NCBI GenBank assembly: GCA_030704615.1
Contig: CM060732.1
Span: 20,088,001 to 20,152,000 of the forward strand
Reading direction: 5' to 3'
DNA length: 64,000 bases
Source: Takakia lepidozioides
Taxonomy: Eukaryota > Plantae > Bryophyta
Position 1 is the first letter of the stretch; every line of letters begins with the position of its first letter. This document shows positions 57,325 through 64,000 of the stretch, in pieces. Below the pieces are notes generated by a model, which was not told the origin of the DNA, did no database searches, and worked only from the letters and a program-made list of their open reading frames with translations. A program made the position numbers and the translations under genes.

Positions 57325-60300
57325 ATGCAGAACATGTTTGCATGCCTAACAGGAAAGGTGGACGTGCTGGAGGGATCGCAGGAATCCGAAGAGCCGCAGG
57401 AAGAGTCCGAGGAGCTAGCTGCAGCACGTACACCCACCCGATCCCCGAGCGCGGGTATTCCTGCCGGGCCTAGCCCTCTGCGATTCAAAGACGCGTCTTC
57501 GAAGGGCAAGTTCAAAGTCCCAGAGATCGACTCGTTCTTCGATCATGGAGAATCGCCAGCAGGGGTCGGGCCCTTCTCCAGCAAAGTCGAAGAAGAAGCA
57601 GCCCGTCCCTCTACTGGCTTCTGAACCGGCTCAGGCCGATTCACCCCCCCAACGCGAATGAAGCAGCAGGGTAGAAGACAGATTCAATTGCAGCAGACAC
57701 CTTCACTTGCAAGGATGAGGAAGCAGAAGGCAATCAGGGCGACGGGCGAACAATCTCCCGCAAAACCGCTTCCACGAGCTGAAGCTCAGTTCCTGGAGGA
57801 TTTCCCGCCTGCAGATGTTGGGGCCGACTCTGCTGCAGCGAAGGCAATGGGATCGACCGTTGATGTCGATTTGGTACCGGAGGAGGGTGCTGCCGCTGAA
57901 CGTTCGCAGGCAGACCTCACCACCGATGAGCAAGCAGGCCTGGAGGAGGCCTCTGCAATGGCAGAATTGCCCGCAGACAGGCCCCAGAGTGCAGCTCCAG
58001 TTGAGGATGCTCCAGCTGCTCAGCCACTACCGGTCTCCCTTCCCATCGTCAGGCAGGCCCTTCCCGGAGATGTGGATAAGCTCAAGTTCGCATTTCGAGA
58101 AGGGTACCGTCTGGGATCGGCAGCGTTTTACGTTTCCATTGAGAATGAGGACGGCGAAACTCGTGGACCCACTGCCGATGAATTGTCAACGTGGGATACC
58201 CACTGGCACACTCGCAACCACGAATTCGAGGCGACGCTGAAGGGTGATCCAGACTTCGGCCATATGTCGGGTAAAATGTTCTTTGTGTGGGACGGGAATC
58301 ACCGACTTCTCGCCTGGTGGGAGTACATCAAGCAGAACCATGCCAAGCACATTGGCTGGCATTACATGGTGGAGTGTGTCATCCTCAAGGTGAAGGCGGC
58401 AGACTCCTCCCTGCTCAAGAATGCCATGGCGGACCTCAACTCGTAAGATACTCATACCCTCCCTAGCACGTTCGAAATGCGGTGCCGCATTTCGGTTTCC
58501 ATTCTGGTTTGTTTCCGTGCTTCCGTGTACTGAACTGGAGAGTGTGCCTTGCAGGGTCACTGAGAATGCGTACGTGCATACCCACATGGCACACATGCTG
58601 TACAGGGTGAGGAAAACTGGTCTCACTGATCCGCACATGTTTGCGGAAATGCTGGAGCCCGAGCTCATTCAGAAAGCCGTTGCAAAAACAGACCGGACAT
58701 GGTATCGTCTCACTATGGATGGAATGGTGGAGGTGATATACGAAGTAAGTCGTGCTCCAATTTCCCTCTGCTCATCCTTCCCCAATTTTCAGTAATGTTT
58801 CCACATGAATCGAATGTAACGCTTCTGCATGTTTTTGTTGGCAGTCAAACATCAAGCTGGATTTGGCCCATGCCAAACGCTTCTTCATGGAAAGTGAGGG
58901 GCAGGTCAAAACGTTGCAGTCATTGACTGAGCACTTGAAGGAAGCCGGTGTCAAGTCCAGAACCAAATACAAGTCAAAGCTTGTGAAGCTGGTGGCAATT
59001 GCAGATCCGGCACTTGGAAAGGACTTCATCCCCGAGATTGCAAAACACTATTCTCGGGCCATGCAGCCGACCATGCAATTGGAGAAACTGCATCACCTCT
59101 CAACGGCATGTGTGGAGGCGAAAGAGAAGGTGAGGTTTCAATGCACTGAAGTTCCTTCCTAGCAATAGCCACTCTCTTCCAGCTCCTGACATTGGATCGG
59201 AAATGGCAGACACGGTGGCTGTCGATCTGGAATGCATCCGAGAGCATAAGGACAATGTGGTCTTTTCCACTCGAAGTTTCCGACCCTGCAGTGGATGTGT
59301 GGCTCAACCGTATGACTTGGTGGTTCCAGGTAATTCAAGGTACTTCCCCAGATTTGCTTTTCTGACATGAATTCCCTGAACTGCTACGTGACAATGGATT
59401 TGGGAATGGCAGGTAATGTCGAATGCGAAGGAGCAAGTCGTAATGCACACAAATTTGTTCGGCTTGTACGTCAAATGGGATGGAACACAGACATTGGAAG
59501 ACTACGTGACACGTTTCAGATGTGCATACAAGGACAACCTTTTCGCCAGAGAGCTACAGACAGCAAGAAGGAGCGTGGAGTTTACACATCAGGAGGGAGC
59601 GGGGAAAGCTGCAATGCGAATTGTTTACAGGTGAAGCACAGCTGCCCTTGTATGCGAAGCCTGGTTACGAGGTTTGTCTCGGAAATGCGGCACCGCATTC
59701 GCATTTTATGTTTTCGGTGGCACTCTGCCAGTAGGTTGGTCTCAACTTTTGCTCACGCATGCTGACTGCCTTGCAGGTATATGAAATACGTGCTCCTTCA
59801 AACAGGGGCCCTGGCTCAAGAGCCCCCGTTCTTCATGGCTTGGACCGTGGCGGGCCCAAGCTGTGTCTACACACCCGAGATGCAGAAACAATGGCATCCC
59901 GCGCATCTCGTTGGATGCCCCTGGTACCTGGACATGTCTGGCGGTATTGTTGACGAGTCAAAGAAAGATCTGCATGCCTTGGCAGAAGAGAAGAGAAAGG
60001 AAAGACGTGTCCCTGCTGGGCCAAAGTCGGCAAATGAATCTGCTGCTCTGGAAGAATCCAGAAAGGCAGCTGAGATGGCACAAAAGACGGTGGATGCAGC
60101 TGTGCAGGCCCAACAGAAGGGGTCGAAGAAGAGGACTCGCCAGCAAGGAGCAGCTGTTGTGACACCCGCCAAAACGAAGAAGCAGAAACAGCCTGTTCAG
60201 GAAGAGGGTGAGGAAGAGGACTCCGATGGAGACTTTGCAACCAGCCCACCCCCCAAACGCAGGCTGCCTCCCCTGTGCCCACCGTTGTCACGAGAGGCAC

Positions 60301-62129
60301 GAGAACTGGCTCGGCAAAGAAGGCACTCTTCAACCCCCCAGGGGGGCACCCTTTCGAGCCGGTGGAAATGAAGAGGCCGAAAGTGGCTCCCGAAACAGTA
60401 GTCCAGTGTGTAAATGAGAGTTTCTTGGCGGCTTTGGATGGACGGGCAGCGAAGTTGGCATACATGAAGACCATGGAGGGTCTGAAGGGCAGAGCACTGA
60501 AGAAGGCGACTGCCGAAGAGCCTTCCGACACCCCAGGATTTCAGAATATGGTCTCGTTCTTTGAGAGGGTGTGTGCAGACAAGGATTGTAGGAGGGGCGG
60601 AAATGCCACCGAGTGGTCTTGCGATATGATCATCTTGGATATTCCGGACGGAGAGCCTGTGGAAGGACTGCAAGCTTTGCCATCTTGGAACAGGTACTCG
60701 GAGGACTTTTGGAAGAAAGGATTCGGGCTTGCCCGCATGGTGTTGGACGACAGAGGCTGTGTGGTTGTCCTGGCGAGCAGAGGAAAAAACACTCAGACAG
60801 GAATTGCGAAGTGGACCCGCAAGAGCGCCGTCCCGATTCTGAAAAAGAAGTGGACGTGCATCAACACACTGGGCCTTTGGTCGGAAGGGAAGAAGGTGAT
60901 TACGACACTGGCACTCGTCCATTCATTTGCTTGGGTGTTTTCAAATGCGGTGCCGCATTCGGTTTCTAATCGTTTTCCCCCTGTGTATGCAGACGAAGCA
61001 GTTCGATGCATACTGCTTTGTGAAGGAGAACTCCACCTTTGCTTTCCGGAAGGAGGGAGGAAAGGTTGACCCGAACTGCGACCCACTCGATTATGACGTT
61101 CTGTTCAACAACGTTCCCAAGGAACTTCTCCCTCATAGCCTCACTTCAACGGAACCCCTGCGGTACTCACGGACTCGGAGCCCTGCCTTCATTCAGACAA
61201 TTATGGAGACATGCACAGACGTGGAGGGCACAGTGCTCGACCTCATCTGTGGGACAGGTATGCAGAATCTTGATCTATGCTGTTCTGCAAATTCTCGTTA
61301 GGATGTAGTTCGCAACATCTGAAGCGCCATGTGGTAATGTGTGGATGGCATTGTAACAGGTGCCTCAATGTGGGCTGGGCGGTTTTCCGACCGGCACCTC
61401 TTTGCCTACGAGGAGGATTCATCCGTGTGGGGATCCCATCTGGAGGGGCTGCAACGGAATGTGAAGGCTCCCAACAGAGCGGAAGTCTCCTCGGATTCGT
61501 CGGAGTCCGAGGAAGACACAGTGGACATTGATGCGGAGGAGAACCCGGAATACGAGTGAGTGCAAACATTGTAAGTTTGCAAAGCCTTCTGGGTCATTTA
61601 TGTCAAACGAATTTCCCGACTGTGGTTCTCATTAGTCTCGTTGATGATTGTCATGTGCAGGATTGCAGGGTCCGGGTCGAAACATGTAGGGCCTACACTT
61701 CCTGCCAGGAAGAATGTCCCGTTCTTTGCGAGGGCCGACTTCATGACGAGCCCGGTGAGGGACTTCTCCCTTCCTAGTTATGCAGCTAAACTCGCAAATA
61801 CAGCGATTAGAAGAAGTGAGAATCCCAGTAAAGTAGAGCAGATTTTGGAGAGGGCTAGGGAGGACAGAAGGATAAGGAAAGAGTTGGCAGCAGCTCAGAC
61901 AGGTAGACGGGTACGAAAGTACATATGTGATTCAGCGGATGAGAGCGACGCAGACAGGGAGGAAGACGACCCAACGGAGGTGAGATGGACAGTTCCGCAA
62001 GGGGAAGATGGGATTTTCGAAAGCCTGGCCAACGAGCAGTCCGCTGGAGATGAGAAAGGCACTGAGGGGGTGGAGGCGGAGCATGACAGTCTAGAACAGG
62101 ATGAGGATTCGGATGATTTTCAAGATTAA
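57325..62129 (+). CDS. Spliced ParB-like domain + beta-class amino-DNA-methyltransferase-like fusion gene. Exons approx. 57325/57658-58442, 58555-58744, 58845-59129, 59209-59329, 59413-59629, 59777-60895, 60993-61257, 61360-61555, 61661-62129. Single-base frameshifts near 57620 and 60270
   Basis: GT-AG joins keep frame. FFVWDGNHRLLAW (58291) is a ParB/Srx motif. CDMIILDIPD..FW..ARMVLDDRGCVVV (60620-60770) resembles MTase motifs IV-VI. RSPAFIQTIMETCTDVEGTVLDLICGTG|ASMWAGRFSDRHLFAYEED resembles motifs X, I and II. Confidence 0.72.
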
Positions 62130-62264
62130 TAGAATTTTAATGAAGTCTCTGTAAATGTAAATTCTCTTCCAGAGTATATAAAGGAAATTCTGCCAGACAT
62201 TCGTGACCCCTCTCCAGTGTGCATTCCAGCCACACAATTGCTCAAACCACGACGCTCCCAAAAT

Positions 62265-63002
62265 CAGAAATGGGCAGCGCATTTCCAAAATTTTGGCAAC
62301 TCTAAGAACCTCTTTTGGAAATGCGGCACCGCATTTCCAAAACAGGGGAGGGAGTAAATTTTCCATTTCAATGTTGGCATAGTAAAAAGTAATCTGAATT
62401 GGAAATGCGGTGCCGCATTTCCAAAATTTCCTTTGTCCACACGCCAGTTTTGGCCTCTCCCGCTCATTGCATGGATGCCACCACGCTTACAGAGGTCGAA
62501 CAAGGAGGTCGAACAAGGAGGTCGAGATGGCGGAATTGAAAATGCGGTGCCGCATTTCAGTATTGGGGATGGTCGTTGTTCGAACTGCAGGCCCATCAGC
62601 AAAAATTGGCACCGCATTCCATTGTTAAAAAAAAGTCGATGACGGACATGGAAATGCGGCGCCGCATTTCCAGAACGGACATCGCAATTTGTCCATTTGC
62701 AGACCCTCTCTCGGAAATGCGGTAACGCATTCCATCGCGCTGGTCGGAAATGTCACACTTTTGGAAGTGTTGTACGGAAATGCGGCACCGCATTCCCTTG
62801 TCCAAAAAGAAGTTTCCATTGCCAAGCTGGAAATGCGTCGCCGCATTTGCAATGCCAACCTCGTTTTCTGACCAATTTATAGACCCGTGTTGGTATTTCG
62901 TGTACCTGGACGGAAATGATGCACCGCATTTTCTTGTCCCACATGGAAATGCGTCACCGCATTTCGATGTCCGACATGGAAATGCGGCGCCGCATTTCGA
63001 TG
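62265..63002. repeat. Second array (~12 copies) of the GGAAATGCGG(YR)CCGCATTTCC palindrome, irregular spacing
   Basis: Copies at about 62268, 62317, 62401, 62539, 62602, 62650, 62713, 62776, 62830, 62912, 62945 and 62978. Confidence 0.92.
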
Positions 63003-63324
63003 TCCGACATGGCGTTACTCTGGTATATTCTTGACACATGACTCACATACCGGTTACTCTGCTATATTCATCCGGACAGACACATTGTAGAAATGAGACA
63101 TCAAATTGTAAACAGTGGGCCAATTCCGACAGTTATTCAACACAATGAAACACAATCATACAGAAGTGAGGTACGATGGGTTTATTGATCGGACACGATG
63201 TCTCACATTTACCAACTGCAGACAAAACTAAGCCCTTCCTCCTTCTACATGGGCTTCACCAAGTCGACGGAACTTCGATACCCCTCAAAACAAGCTCATC
63301 ACTGCTGCGGCACCTCGAGGTAAA

Positions 63325-63957
63325 CTACAATTCGGTCGTTCTGCTGCCCTTGCTGGAGCCGACGACAATGTCATGTCCATCAATGATACCACCATCATAC
63401 ATTGACAAGGTCACTGTGGGCCTCATGTGCCCGTGCGATTCGTCTTCGCAACGCAGCCGAATGTCTCCATACACTGGAAGAGCGGAGTGATCTGCACGTA
63501 TATAGTTTTCCCCGGTGCCGTCCTCCTTGGTCCACTGGCAGCAGTTCCAGCGCCAAAGCGAGGCCGTGCGTGATCTATCCGGCATCCCTTTCCAGCTTGG
63601 TATATCGAGGTCAACAATTTTCAGGACCCACGGACCGCATTGACCCTCGCCCTCACCTCGCTCAAAGCGGTAATAGCCCTCCAGATACTCCATTGCGCGC
63701 AAAGACTCTTGCTTGATTCCAGCAACGTCTGTGAAAACAGAGAGCCAGACAATGATGTCTCCTGATTCTGGTTTGAACATAGCATAATCGTGGCCATGAT
63801 AAGGGCAGTCGGCTGGATTTCGGCGGCACGACATCCTTGAAAAAAAGTCGCTGAGTACGCTCAATGACAGCAGCTCCCGGATGGAGGAAGAGGACCGCGG
63901 TGGCTGGAAAAAGTTCAAGCTAACGCTGCAATTCCTCACAAACACTCCAGGGCACAT
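63325..63957 (-). CDS. Hypothetical protein, probably further cargo of the same element, convergent with the ParB-MTase gene
   Basis: Open frame of 210 codons with protein-like composition (likely start MSCRRNPADC). No family recognised. Confidence 0.4.
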   Translation of the reverse strand: MCPGVFVRNCSVSLNFFQPPRSSSSIRELLSLSVLSDFFSRMSCRRNPADCPYHGHDYAMFKPESGDIIVWLSVFTDVAGIKQESLRAMEYLEGYYRFERGEGEGQCGPWVLKIVDLDIPSWKGMPDRSRTASLWRWNCCQWTKEDGTGENYIRADHSALPVYGDIRLRCEDESHGHMRPTVTLSMYDGGIIDGHDIVVGSSKGSRTTEL

Positions 63958-64000
63958 TTAAATTTCCCCCCTACAGGATCCTGGACCGATGAAGATTGGC

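Noticed and set aside
47328-64000. Bacterial or phage contamination explaining ParB/MTase motifs
   Set aside because: The genes have multiple frame-preserving GT-AG introns, sit beside eukaryotic transposases and are contiguous with plant genes.

Overview
Eukaryotic nuclear DNA from a land plant. It is probably a non-seed plant (bryophyte- or lycophyte-like), inferred from the PLS-PPR style and the transposon families. A small island of three intact host genes lies at 16.5-29 kb: an OEP40-like chloroplast envelope protein, a spliced UBC27-type E2-UBA enzyme and a 12-exon AVT1-like amino-acid transporter. The rest is nested DNA transposons and retroelement remnants. 1-10.7 kb is a decayed CACTA element with a SET-domain relic and helicase fragments. 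29-34.6 kb holds a non-autonomous hAT element, SINE-like sequence, a PPR relic and a gypsy gag. 34.7-47.1 kb carries convergent RING-H2 and protein-kinase genes bracketed by ~51-bp-period hairpin arrays. 47.3-64 kb is the most interesting region. It has a DUF7869/Sola1-like transposase and a GCM-like/MULE/SWIM transposase. It also has a spliced gene fusing a ParB-like (DGNHR) domain to a beta-class amino-(N6A/N4C) DNA-methyltransferase fold, plus a second copy of that methyltransferase domain. A 22-bp palindrome (GGAAATGCGG-YR-CCGCATTTCC) forms a 53-bp-phased array upstream of the ParB-MTase gene, a second array downstream, and single copies in its introns. This suggests a transposon-encoded self-recognition/DNA-modification system. 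All domain calls are by eye from motifs; no database searches were run.
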